From positions 1 through 41,327 of the forward strand of contig NW_021835259.1 in the NCBI RefSeq assembly GCF_006345805.1: a stretch of DNA of 41,327 bases, read 5' to 3'. The notes below the pieces were generated by a model, which was not told where the DNA came from, made no database searches, and worked only from the letters and a program-made list of their open reading frames with translations. Both the position numbers and the translations under genes were made by a program. The stretch's first letter is position 1. Each line of letters opens with the position of its first letter. The stretch is from Octopus sinensis. Taxonomy: Eukaryota. Positions 23,482 through 35,029 of this stretch are shown one piece after another.

Positions 23482-23838
23482 AACGCTCGGCTACTTACAA
23501 CGAGGAGCTGGAGCACTTTAAATGGGAAATGATGCCACACCTACCACATTCACCGGACATTTCCCCATCTGATTATCATTTAATCCGCAGTCTTCAAAAT
23601 CATTTGGATGGAAAAAATATGAATTCTGTAGAAGAGGTCAGAACAGTACTGGAGGAGTGTTTTTCATCATGGACAAGTGAATTTTGGAAGAGTGCTCTGC
23701 AAGTCTGCCAGACGGATGGAAGAGCATGGTAGAAAATGGAGGAGAGTATGTTTTAGATTAAAAAAGAAATTTGTTTATCTTAATTTTGAAAAACGAAAAG
23801 AAGTATAAAAAAACCGCATTATTTATGGGATGACCCAA
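23482..23838 (+). mobile_element. Mariner transposase C-terminal fragment with 3' TIR
   Basis: WEMMPHLPHSPDISPSDYHLIRSLQNHLDGK (HPPYSPDLAPSD-like motif); ends gggatgacccaa|ta. Confidence 0.9.
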
Positions 23839-23987
23839 TATATGTATATATATATATATGTTTATGTATGTATATAGATGTATGTGTATATGCGTAAACC
23901 ATAAAAATTCAGGAATTCGTGAATATCTGATCACTTGACATCCTTAGAATTACAGCTGTTTTTAGCAGACATCTTCGTTTAGTTATA

Positions 23988-24288
23988 ACTAGCAGTATCG
24001 CCCGGCGTTGCTCGGGTTTGTAAGGGAAATAACTATATAAGCATTTTTACTTCCCTTATATAACTCGAGCAAAAATAATTAAAAATGCGGAAAAATGATG
24101 GTAAATTTTTTTTTAATTCGTAGACTCATCGTAGACGTGCGCTAATACCCAGAAGGGCTCGATATGAATGACGACTATAAGATACCCGCTTTTGGTTAAA
24201 CTGCACCGCAAAATGTGGGAGTAGTTAGGAATCTAAATCGGAGGAGACAGAGTCTCACACACACAACTTCAATTTTATATATAAAGAT
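23988..24288 (+). mobile_element. Non-autonomous Helitron-like element
   Basis: actagcagtatcgcccggcgttgctcggg ... ttttatatataaagat. Confidence 0.7.
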
Positions 24289-24779
24289 TTCAGTGTGGGA
24301 CGAATTGCGTTTACATATATTCTCGCGTAAATATGCGTGCTACGCATTATGCAATAGAATTATAAATTCACAATTCAATGCAAATAAAGAAAGCTAGCTC
24401 ATCAGATCATCTTATAATTATTATCAAAGAATTTATATATGTATTGTAATTTTTTGTGCCCAAAATTTTAATAAACTTTTTTATATTTTCCCAAGATTTT
24501 TTGCTTGTAAACTGTTTTATTATCAAAGAATGTATATATGTATTGTAATATTTTGTGACAACCAGTACCAAACACAACAAAGCTTTTACATGTTACTTTT
24601 GATAATCTTTTTCTAAAAAAGTGAAATCGGTCAAGTAAATAAATATCTTCTAAAATTGCATTTTCAAACCTTCTTTCATATATATATATATATATGTTGT
24701 TATCTACCCTACTTCTTCGCTCTCCTGTGAGACCCTTCTGTCCGGCAGTCATCATGATAGATCGGTAGCCACTACACAC

Positions 24780-24929
24780 ACTTTTTTCTCTCTTTGTTTC
24801 TTTCTGTGGAAGAGCGTAGGCTCGAAACGTTAAAGACTTTTTCTATTCCCGAGCGTTATATTAATACATCTGTTTGTTTTCTACACCACCTGTCTTCGTC
24901 TTTTGTTTTTTTTTTCGTGAATTCTCCCC

Positions 24930-24930
<1 letters not shown>
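24780..24930 (+). mobile_element. Family E repeat with hammerhead-like motif at 24799-24836
   Basis: TCTTT-CTGTGGA-A-GAGC(GTAG)GCTC-GAAAC-GTT-AAAGA, all stems intact. Confidence 0.7.
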
Positions 24931-24970
<40 letters not shown>

Positions 24971-25834
24971 CACGTAACAGTAAAATTGTCGTGTACCGAT
25001 TACGCCATTTATGAAAACACTGTATATTCTAACTGCTAACGCATATCCGCAGAAACAAAAACTGTTTAAATATAATATTATTTTCGTTAGTTATTTTAAA
25101 GCGAGGCAGTAAAAATGATTAATATCCATGTTTTATCACAGTTTTATCTACAGAACATCTTTGAATTATTGAATAGGTCAGTCACAATGATTACTTACAA
25201 TAAATAGTTTAGTTTTTGTTTTTATATGAGTGTGTTTTCTTTGTGAGCGCCATTTATGTATGAATAAACGTTGACGAATAGTAATAAGAACTGGCACCTC
25301 ACGAAAGACCAGTGAAAAGATTTAATTGACCAGAGATATGTCGGGTCATCAGGAATGAGAAGAAGAAAGAAAGAGAGACAGAGAATCCGATGTAGATCAT
25401 TATGGTCAATTTATTCTTTCAAATAAAAATTAATCAATCTCAACTGATCAAAGACAGCGAACAACAAGCGAAGTTATGTAATGTATTTTGTAGAATAACG
25501 GAATGTGTGCGGTTGACATCTCCAGCAGAATGCAGTTCAAAGTACATAAATAGAGAAAACAACAGCGGCAGACGTAACAGCAACAAGAACAATAACGAAG
25601 ACGAATTACAGTTTATTTTCAGAATATGGGAAAGTTAATATGAATGTAATTCAAATGTTCGTATCTGGGCAGAGTTCAGCAAAAATTCTTTATGGATAAA
25701 TGTTTTTAAACAAAAATCTGGCAAAATTGTGTCTGCGTTCTTTTGTATGAAAAATAATTCTAACTAAATGTGTTTGATTATATCAACATTTTTACGTGTG
25801 TGAAAACAAGTGTATGTCAATAGTTATAGAAACA

Positions 25835-25937
25835 CGTGGCATCTTGGGCAAGTGTCTTCTGCTATAGCCCCGGGCCGACCAATGCCTTGTGGGTGGATTT
25901 GGTAGACGGAAACTGAAAGAAGCCTGTCGTATATATG

Positions 25938-26001
<64 letters not shown>

Positions 26002-26205
26002 TGTGTCTGTGTTTGTCCCCCTAGCATTGCTTGACAACCGATGCTGGTGTGTTTACGTCCCCGTCACTTAGCGGTTCGGCAAAAGAGACCGATAGAATAA
26101 GTACTGGGCTTACAAAGAATAAGTCCCGGCCGATTTGCTCGACTAAAGGCGGTGCTCCAGCATGGCCGCAGTCAAATGACTGAAACAAGTAAAAGAGTAA
26201 AAGAG
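25835..26205 (+). mobile_element. SINE family A, 5'-truncated
   Basis: Starts at cgtggcatcttgggcaag; intact tail. Confidence 0.9.
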
Positions 26206-26278
26206 TATATGTACAGAAAAAAGCAACAAAAAAAACAGAGCATTAGCTATTGCTAATAAGAGGTTTAATTACAGCATC

Positions 26279-26561
26279 TTACGTACGTTTCATTAACATA
26301 GGGTGGTTATTGGTTACACAATGCAAAATTACAAATTCCGTAATCCACTTTGCTGCCAAATCGTCAGAGATGTGTAATTATTAAGCACAATATTGTTGGA
26401 GAGAAGAGGTCACGGTAGTATCCATCTTGTTCTCTCCATTAATTACACAATAATTCAATAATTACACATTTCTGATGATTTGGCTGCAGGTACAGATTAG
26501 GGAATTCGTAATTTAGCACTGTATAATCAATAATCAGCTTATGCTAATGAAATGTACGTAA
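26279..26561. mobile_element. Fold-back element (MITE-like), ~104-bp arms
   Basis: 26279-26382 aligns with the reverse complement of 26457-26561 at roughly 80% by eye; inner ggagagaa/ttctctcc hairpin. Confidence 0.8.
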
Positions 26562-26883
26562 TTAGACATCCTATTATTTAATGAGTCTCTCGTGTTTTAT
26601 TTTCCTTTTCTAAATATATTCCGTGAAACACTCAAACCCAACAACGGAGAGAATTACGCGAACGGAAATTTACTTGGAGTTTTTAGCTCTAATTATTTGT
26701 TTAGTAATTTAAAGTCTAAATTGCGCGATACGAGTATTTGAATACATCCACACATATACATGGATAATGTCTGTATATCATTTTTCCTGTATTTGTGTGG
26801 ATATTATGTTTGTCATAATGTGTGTCCCTCAAAATTCACGGGAAGTATCAGGATCTGAATTTAATAAACAAATTCTTGGTTTA

Positions 26884-26970
26884 TTAAGATTATCTCTGCC
26901 TCTAGAGGATGTTATAATCACCAAATGGTAATTGAGACCAGCTCCATTTGAGAAGAGGAGATAATCTTAA
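26884..26970. repeat. 87-nt hairpin with perfect 13-bp outer stem
   Basis: ttaagattatctc / gagataatcttaa; inner caaatgg/ccatttg. Confidence 0.7.
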
Positions 26971-27330
26971 ACATCAGCAAATCTCCAAACTTGATATGCC
27001 AGCAAGGAGAGGGACAGCTCTGGAAATAAGAGGACAGTCACAGACACACATTTTGCCTCAATAAACGTCATCAGCATCGCATTTTCCGTACCTTATCTCT
27101 TATATATATATATATATATATATATATCATTTTGAGGGCAACCAGTTCGAACCATCTCAAGTGTAACTGCCCGAAATGGTCGTGACTTTTGATACTTGAC
27201 TGAGGAAAGAAAGCCACGAACGACCCGTTTTTTTTTGCCTGTCCTTCTCATTGTTTTTCCTGTTGTCCGCCTTTTTATCGTCTGTCTGTCCGAATGTTTT
27301 ATTGTCCTCTATTGCGTTTTTGTTCCATTT

Positions 27331-27442
<112 letters not shown>

Positions 27443-27444
27443 TT

Positions 27445-27501
<57 letters not shown>

Positions 27502-27502
<1 letters not shown>

Positions 27503-28066
27503 TGGATTGTCCGGAAACTTCGTGCCGATTTATAGTAGCTTACCTTTCGACTTATTTTACAACATGGTTGAGTCAATAAAATAGGATTTGACTACACCTC
27601 CATTTAGAGCACAGTTTAAGCTATCTTTTCGTGGAAGAAAGTTTATGTTCTTATAACCTCTGTTAATTCTGTAACCCTTTAAAATGGAAGATAAGAAAGT
27701 TCATTTTCGGCACTTGATGCTTTGGGAACCAGACAAAAATTGCTGCAGCTCGGCTGGGATGTGTTACCCCACCCTCCATATTCACGAGATATAGCTCCTT
27801 CGGATTTCCACTTATCCAGGTCTCTGCAGAAAAGTCTTAACGGTAAAAATTTCAATTCCTTGGATGACGTAAAAGATACCTTGATGGATTCTTTGCCATG
27901 AAACTTCCTCAATTCTGGGAAGAGGGTATTTTCAAGTTAAAGGAAAGATGGAGACGCATTGTGCAACAAAATGGTTCATATTTGGTTGATTAAAAGTGTA
28001 ATGGCAAGTATTTATTGACCTTTTTCTTTCCTTTAAAAATCTGCACGAACTTTCCGGACAACCCAA
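27502..28066 (+). mobile_element. Internally deleted mariner element with both TIRs and TA TSD
   Basis: ~30-bp TIRs ttggattgtccggaaacttcgtgccgattt / aaatctgcacgaactttccggacaacccaa; MEDKKVHFRHLMLWE joined to TRQKLLQLGWDVLPHPPYSRDIAPSDFHL. Confidence 0.92.
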
Positions 28067-28124
28067 TATATGTATGTATGCACGGATGTATGTATGTATG
28101 TATGTATGTATGTATGTATGTATG

Positions 28125-28155
<31 letters not shown>

Positions 28156-28319
28156 GTAAACTTCTCCATTCAACGCCGGAATTCGGTATTAATCCGACCT
28201 GAGCACTCATCGTATCCACCAACTATCTTATGTCATTTGAAATCTTATTACTCAAATCTTGAACACACACACACACACACGAATTCATATCGAGAAAAAA
28301 TACAATATGTAAATGCGTA

Positions 28320-28420
28320 ATGTGTGTGTGTGTGTGTGTGCGTGCGGGTTCGTATACGTGCGTACGTGTCCATGGGAAAGGAAACATATATACAAATTAT
28401 AAACAAACAAAACACATACG

Positions 28421-28451
<31 letters not shown>

Positions 28452-28585
28452 ATACACACACACATACACATACACACACACATACACATACACACACACA
28501 TACACATACACACACATACACATACACACACACACATACACACACACACACACACATACACACACACATACACATACACACACAC
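28320..28585. repeat. (TG)n then (CA/TA)n compound microsatellite
   Basis: Direct reading. Confidence 0.9.
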
Positions 28586-28785
28586 AGAGTCACGTTCAGA
28601 CAAACGCATTAATATTTATTTATTTGTTTTGTTTTTTAATTATTTATTTATTCACCTTTTATTTATTTGTTTTATTTTATTTTGTCTGCTGACATGAATT
28701 CATAGAGATTACTTCTTATAATTTCAGACAATATTCCTGTCTGTCTCTCTGTCTGTCTGCCCCCTCTCTCTTTCTTTCTTTCCCT

Positions 28786-28866
<81 letters not shown>

Positions 28867-28945
28867 TTCTCATCTTGACTTCCAATCTCTCGGGTTTTTC
28901 TTCCGCTCTATATGTGCATATATATATATATATATGTGTGTGTGT

Positions 28946-29002
<57 letters not shown>

Positions 29003-29123
29003 CTGTCTGTCTGTCCAGCCAGCTGTGTCTATATCTATTTATGTACGTCTTTTATTGTCTCTTTTTGCTATTCTACTTTTCTCTCCCTCTCTCCCTCTCT
29101 CCCTCTCTCCCTCTCTCCCTCTC

Positions 29124-29177
<54 letters not shown>

Positions 29178-29689
29178 TATTGTTCACTTACCTACATATT
29201 CCTCTTCATACACTCACACACACACACACACACATGCATATATATAACATGTAGTTGAGTGTGTATACATATATATATATCTATGCACACGAGCATACAT
29301 ACGTACGTACGTACATACATACAAATATGTGTGTGCGTGTGTGTGTGTGCAAGTGTGTGTGCGTGTGCATGTGTGTGTGTGTGTGCGTGTGCGTGTGTGT
29401 GTGAGCGTGTGTGTGTCCATTTGTCAATTTACAAGTTTACACGAGGCTCTGTCTGGGTCGTCTCTCTATTTGTCTTTCCACATCTTTCTCTCTCTATGTT
29501 GGGCAGTTTATCTACATTTCTATGTTTTTGTAAAAAGCTTCTTAAAACACTTTACAAATGTTTGCGGGAATCTCTCCGTCGTTTCAGGCATTTACTTTTC
29601 GTTTCCGCTGCAGCCATTCTTTACATTTGTATCTCTACAAGACGAACGAGCCTCAGATTTGATTTTCAGTGTCATCCTTTAGGCCAACA

Positions 29690-29822
29690 CTAGATGGAAA
29701 CTGAAAGAAGCCCATCACATATGCATATATATATATATATTTCCTGAGCGCCATACTAATACAATTGTTTGTTTGTTTCCCACCTGCCTTCGTCTTTTGT
29801 CTATTTTCATAAAGCTTCCCGT

Positions 29823-29859
<37 letters not shown>

Positions 29860-29892
29860 TACATACATACGTACGTACGTACATACATACAA

Positions 29893-29925
<33 letters not shown>

Positions 29926-30085
29926 GTGTGTGTGTGTATGTGTGTGTGTGCCCATCACTTAGCGGTTCGGCAAGAGCTATCGTTAGAATAAGTACTAGGC
30001 TTACAAAGCATAAGTCCTGGGGTCGATTTGTTCGACTAGAGGCGGTGCTCCAGCATGGCCGCAGTCAAATGATTGAAACAAGTTT
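29690..30085 (+). mobile_element. SINE family A remnant with family E fragment (29739-29824) nested in its TA linker
   Basis: gatggaaactgaaagaagccc, then E body matching 8690-8808, then A-type 3' end. Confidence 0.8.
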
Positions 30086-30232
30086 TAAAAAAGTGAGAAT
30101 GAGTTCCCACTTTCAAGGTGTCCACATTGAATCCAGAGGCAGAGCCAAGTTCTAAAATTTGAGAGAGCGAGCTCATAAAAAATGGCGCTGTGGCACATAC
30201 TAAGCAATTTTTAACTCATTTCTCTTACATTA

Positions 30233-30570
30233 AAGGGTAAAGACCCCCTTCGGTCATGCGTGACCATGGGATTGTACCTAGAAAGTTACCTTCCAAAGCA
30301 CTAACCTGGCAAGGTTGCTTATGGAAGACCAGCAGTCGCCCATGCATTTCAGCCCCTCCTCTCCACGCCACCGATGTTATCCAAACGAAAGGCAAAGTGG
30401 ACGGTACGGCTTGGCACCAGTGATGTCACAACTCATTTCTACAGCTGAGTGAACTGTAGCAACGTGAAATAATGTGTCTTGCCCAAGAACACAACACTCA
30501 GCCTGGTCCGGGAATCGAACTCATTACCTCATGATTGTGGGTCCGACTCTCTAACCACTGAGCCTTCCGC
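30233..30570 (-). mobile_element. SINE family D (tRNA head, V/CORE-like body) with 14-bp TSD
   Basis: ggctcagtggttagag A-box, gagttcgattccc B-box, gtgttcttgggcaagacac body; TSD tttctcttacatta at 30219-30232 and 30571-30584. Confidence 0.85.
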
Positions 30571-30796
30571 TTTCTCTTACATTACGCGATATGTTTCATT
30601 AGTTATATGACTGAGTAAAAGAAATTTTATTAAAAAATTTTGGGTTTTTTTTTATCAGAAGGCGTTGTTTCCCATTTGCTTCTATCTAGAAACCAAAGGA
30701 ACTGACTACTTTTCCCTTCAAACTTTGCTTTTGCGACCTGGATACCAATGTTTTGAAACTCAATCTCTCTCCTACTGTATATCTCTCTCTATATAT

Positions 30797-31194
30797 AGGC
30801 GTAGGAGTGGCTGTGTGGTAAGTAATTTGCTTACGAACCACATGGTTCCGGGTTCAGTCCCACTTCGTGGCACCTTGGGCAAGTGTCTTCCACTATAACC
30901 ACGAGCCGACTAAAGCCTTGTGAGTGGATTTGGTAGACGGAAACTGAAAGAAGCCCGTCGCATATATGCATATATATATGTATGTGTGTGTATATGTTTG
31001 TGTCTGTGTTTGTCCCCCCAACGGCACTTGACAACCGATGCTGGTGTGTTTACATCCCCGTAAATTAGCGGTTCGGCAAAAGAGACCAATAGAATAAGTA
31101 CTAGACTTACAAAGAATAAGTCCTAGGTCAATTTGCTCGACTAAAGGCGGTGCTCCAACATGGCCGCAGTTAAATGACTGAAATAAGTTAAAGA
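30797..31194 (+). mobile_element. SINE family A, full length
   Basis: Complete head, short linker, tail. Confidence 0.9.
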
Positions 31195-31254
31195 AAGTTC
31201 TTCGAAGGCCATGCAATTAACAAAAGAGAAAAAAAAGAAATTTGATTTTTATAG

Positions 31255-31452
31255 CAGAAGGGAACTAAAGAGTTAAAATGGAGGATGGTGGCGAAGCAAT
31301 CATTCCTATGGACTCGGCCGATAAACGGATCTGTCCCGCAAGCGACTGCAGTTGTTCGGCATAACTTCACAAATCAGCAATGGCCGGACATTGAACTAAT
31401 GCGTGCCGAACTGTTTCGTCGCTTTGCGCACATCTCTGACAAACCCGTCTAA
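31255..31452 (+). CDS. Candidate terminal coding exon, unknown protein
   Basis: Acceptor tttgatttttatag|; 65 open codons QKGTKELKWRMVAKQSFLWTRPINGSVPQATAVVRHNFTNQQWPDIELMRAELFRRFAHISDKPV*; higher GC and complexity than flanks. Confidence 0.35.
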   Translation, partial: QKGTKELKWRMVAKQSFLWTRPINGSVPQATAVVRHNFTNQQWPDIELMRAELFRRFAHISDKPV

Positions 31453-31503
31453 CGGTACATCCGTGCCTGTAGAGTTTATCTTGAACCGGTATCACTGTCA
31501 GGA

Positions 31504-31734
31504 AGGCGGCGAGCTGGCAGAATCGTTAGCACATTGGGCGAGATGCTTAGCGGTATTTCGTCTGCATTACGTTGTGAGTTCAAATTCCGCCGAGGTCGAC
31601 TTTGCCTTTCATCCTTTCGGGGTCGATAAATTAAGTACCAGTTACGCACTGGGGTCGATGGAATCGACTTAATACCTATGTCTGTCCTTGTTTGTCCCCT
31701 CTGTGTTTAGCCCCTTGTGGGTAATAAAGAAATA
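31504..31734 (+). mobile_element. SINE family B, full length
   Basis: Matches 10375-10605 end to end. Confidence 0.9.
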
Positions 31735-31999
31735 GGTATCACTATCAGGCCAAAATCTTCTGGAAATTATCCAAAGTAATCTCTGGCTGAAAACTCTTCT
31801 GGAACAGACTAACCATTTCGTTTTCGTTGCCGTCCAGAGTCTCTCCGAGAACGTCGTCACACTTCCACTTCCGTTTCGATTTTATTTTGATTTTGATTTA
31901 AGTAAGCCATCAACTCCCTGTTCACCATATTTACCATAATGAAGCTCATGGATAATTTTGCCTGCAGCTTAGTTGTATTGTTGTTTTTACTGTTATGTT

Positions 32000-32164
32000 T
32001 CTCTTTACTTGTTTCAGTCATTTGACTGCGGTCATGCTGGAGCACCGCCTTTAGTCGAGTGAATCGACCCCGGGACTTATTCTTTGTAAGCCCAGTACTT
32101 ATTCTATCGGTCTCTTTTGCCGAAACGCTAAGTGACGGGGACGTAAACACACCAGCATCGGTTG
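32000..32164 (-). mobile_element. SINE family A 3' fragment
   Basis: cgatgctggtgtgtttac to gaaacaagtaaagag. Confidence 0.88.
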
Positions 32165-32439
32165 GTGCTGTTTGTGTGCTTTCTTGTTTTTGATGATGAT
32201 GATGATGATGATGCTTTCATTGTTGTTGATGTTGCTGTTGGAGTGGTTGTGAAATGTGTTGTAGTTGTGGTTTATGTGTTTACTGTTTTTGTTGTATCCA
32301 CGGAGTGGGTTTCCTCTTTTGCTTTCCATCCTTGCGAATTATTTACAACGTTTCGGTTCGTCTTTCTTTCTTCACGTCATTCCCCAGAAATCGGTGGGTG
32401 ACGGCGAAGTCTAGTCGGAACTTGTGATATCTGAGTCGT

Positions 32440-33579
32440 TGTTGTTGCTGTTGACGGTTTGGGGAGAAAAAGCGGCAGCAGCAGCAGCAACAGGCAGCAG
32501 CAGGCAGCAGCAGGCAGCAGCAGAAGCAGCCGTTCAAGAATTTGGACCTGGAGATCTCCATTTCCAGCGACTTCGAGGGCCACCTCTCAGTGGTGTCGGG
32601 CGTCAATGAAGAGCCCTCGACTACAACAAGACGACCAAAGTTTTTTTTTCCAAGATCTGGGGTCTCCCACTCCTAAGCCCTAGACCATCACCTAATCACC
32701 CTTATCCGTCATGTTGCTTAACAACAACAACAACAACAACAACAACAGCAGACAGCAAACTTTTCTGCCGCCTTGGTTTCGGTGTTGGTGCCTTTAATTG
32801 CCTGCTGCTGTTGCTGTTGAGCGAAGCGGTTTTCGTCCCAGAGCTCGCAAGATGGGAGAAGTCCGAAACGTCGTCCTTTTGCTATTTGTAAGACCCGCAG
32901 AAGTGAAAGCAGGTCAACCCCCGACACCGAGAGCATCGACGGATGGATGAATGTACATCCAGGCTCAGCGGTTGCATAGGAAGTCGGGGACAAGAAACAG
33001 GAAGAAAGAATGAGAGATAGTTGGGGCGAAAGAGTACAACAGGGGTCGCCACCACCCCCTGCCGGAGCCTCGTGGAGCTTTAGGTGTTTTCGCTCAATAA
33101 ACACACACAGCGCCCGGTTTGGGAATCGAAACCGCGATCCTCCGACCGCGAGTCCGCTGCCCTAACCACTGAGCCATTGCGCTTCCACTGTTGTTGCTGT
33201 TGATGGTTTGGGGAGAAACAGGCCGCAGCAGCAGCAGCAGCAGCAACAGGCAGCAGCAGGCAGCAGCAGAAGCAGCCGTTCAAGAATTTGGACCTGGAGA
33301 TCTCCATTTCCAGCGACTTCGAGGGCCACCTCCCAGTGGTGTCGGGCGTCAACGAAGAGCCCTCGACCACAACAAGACGACCAAAGTTTTTTTCCCTAAG
33401 GTCTGGGGTCTCCCGCCCCTAAGCCCTAGACCATCATCTAATCACTCTTACCCATCTTGTTGCTTAACAACAACAACAACAACAGCAGCAGCAGCAGCAA
33501 CAGGCAGCAGACAGCAAACTTTTCTGCCGTCTTGGTTTCGGTGTTGGTGTCTTCAATTGTTCTGCACGGTGTTGCTGTA
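32440..33579. repeat. ~380-bp direct repeat (32440-32817 and 33189-33579) flanking a SINE
   Basis: Both copies contain gccgttcaagaatttggacctggagatctccatttccagcgacttcgagggccacctc and the same flanks. Confidence 0.9.
32818..33188 (-). mobile_element. SINE family C with tail type 2, (CAA/CAG)n end
   Basis: Full tRNA-like head; body as 16172; tail matches 35238 copy. Confidence 0.88.
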
Positions 33580-33824
33580 GAAGTGGCTGAGGTGTTGGCA
33601 ATGGGAGTAGTTTAGTTTTCTTTAACAGAGACAAGAAAGTCTTTTGATGGGTGGTACTCTCACAGGCATAACATTCTAGCTTTCTACCCTCTACCACCGC
33701 TCTCATGGCCGGCGCTGGATTAACCGTTAAGTAAAATAAGCACGTGCTAAGGACATCAAGGAAGGCGAGGGGGGGGGGCTAAACATAACTGTAAATGGTT
33801 TACGGTACAAAACAAATCACTTTA

Positions 33825-34264
33825 CACTTGCGAAAATAATATTGGAAGTGGTTTATATGATTGGAAATATAACATCGAAGTGTTCGTGGTGTCATAGTGA
33901 GGATCTGATCAAAGTCTTTGCCATTAAAAGAGGTAGGAGAAAACTCTTCAAATTGTTGAAAGGTGGGTGAGTGTTGAGAGAATGGCCAGTGTGAAAGGAC
34001 CAATTCTGAGCATACACCTGCGAAAAATTAAAGGAGAAAGGTTCTTGCCCTTTTGATCAGGCACCCTTGGCTTTTGTGAGTTTTTCCACGAGGACCTTTG
34101 AAGCGCCCCCACCCCTTTTTGGGAGTTTTATTTTGTTTAATTTTTTTGTTGTTATATATGTTGTTTACACGATGAAAACCCTTTGTCTCCTCTTGTGTTG
34201 TCTTTTATGTTGTTTTATGTCATTTTATGTTGTTTTATGTAGGCCCTTGAGGCTAATAAAAGAA
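33825..34264 (+). mobile_element. Diverged L1/Tx1-clade 3' end (sister family of 18336 element)
   Basis: ERWVSVERMASVKGPILSIHL resembles KRWVNVARMARMNDEATLSMIL; ends ggctaataaaagaa. Confidence 0.6.
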
Positions 34265-34510
34265 TGTTCTGTCTTACTGTTAGTTTTGTTTCATTTTGAA
34301 AAACAAACACTTATTTCATGATCTATAATTGATTACATTTTGAATTACATATATACTTAGGGCCCCTATGAGTCTTAACCCGGCCCTGCTTACTGGCTCC
34401 ATGCCCTTCATTTACATAACGTCGAGGATCCTGCGGAAATTCTCTCCTATGGCCAGCATTTCCACTTCCCCTGTGACCACCGACGAGTTTTCCTTCGGTT
34501 TCATGGTGAG

Positions 34511-34635
34511 GAGGTCGACTTTGCCTTTCATCCTTTCGGGGTCGATAAAATAAGTACCAGTTGCATACTGGAGTCTATCTATTCGACTGGTCCCTCCCCC
34601 ATAACTTCGGGTTTTGTACCTAGAGTAGAAAAGAG
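34511..34635 (+). mobile_element. SINE family B 3' fragment
   Basis: gaggtcgactttgcctttcatcctttcggggtcgataaaataagtaccag. Confidence 0.85.
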
Positions 34636-35029
34636 TATATCACAATATCCTGCCAGTATTGCTCGGAAGTACCGGATGTTACGGTCAGGCGCCACATTTG
34701 TAATTGTAACTTTAGTCACTTGTTTCCCCCCGCTAGAATGGAGCCAAAATATGTTCATCTGAGTCGCGCAAGTACGTAAAACTATTATATTCACCATCTT
34801 GCTATGGCATATTACTGGAAGAGATCCAAGCTCCTTCCATCTCCTCACTCGCCAAATCGAACTCCAAATATCCCTCAGACATTTTTCTACTTATTATGGG
34901 ATCGGATTTTCAAGTCTCCTAGGGTTCTTTTTAAGACAACGATAAATCGGAGTCTTTTTTGTGTGTGTGTGTGTGTGTGTGTGATCTGATCTTCTTTTCG
35001 CCTGATGGTAGAAGAAACAAATTAGGTTT

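Noticed and set aside
25402-25638. 78-aa ORF
   Set aside because: AT-rich with an AAC-repeat end, no recognisable motif or splice support
27190-27235. CTGAGGA...CCACGAAC hammerhead remnant
   Set aside because: GAAA is incomplete and stems II and I do not pair; at most a dead relic
30657-30780. Exon KALFPICFYLETKGTDY... upstream of the 31255 candidate
   Set aside because: Acceptor is plausible but there is no credible donor
33708-33780. hAT-like terminal fragment (ggcgctggattaaccg)
   Set aside because: Single short end with no matching TIR or TSD
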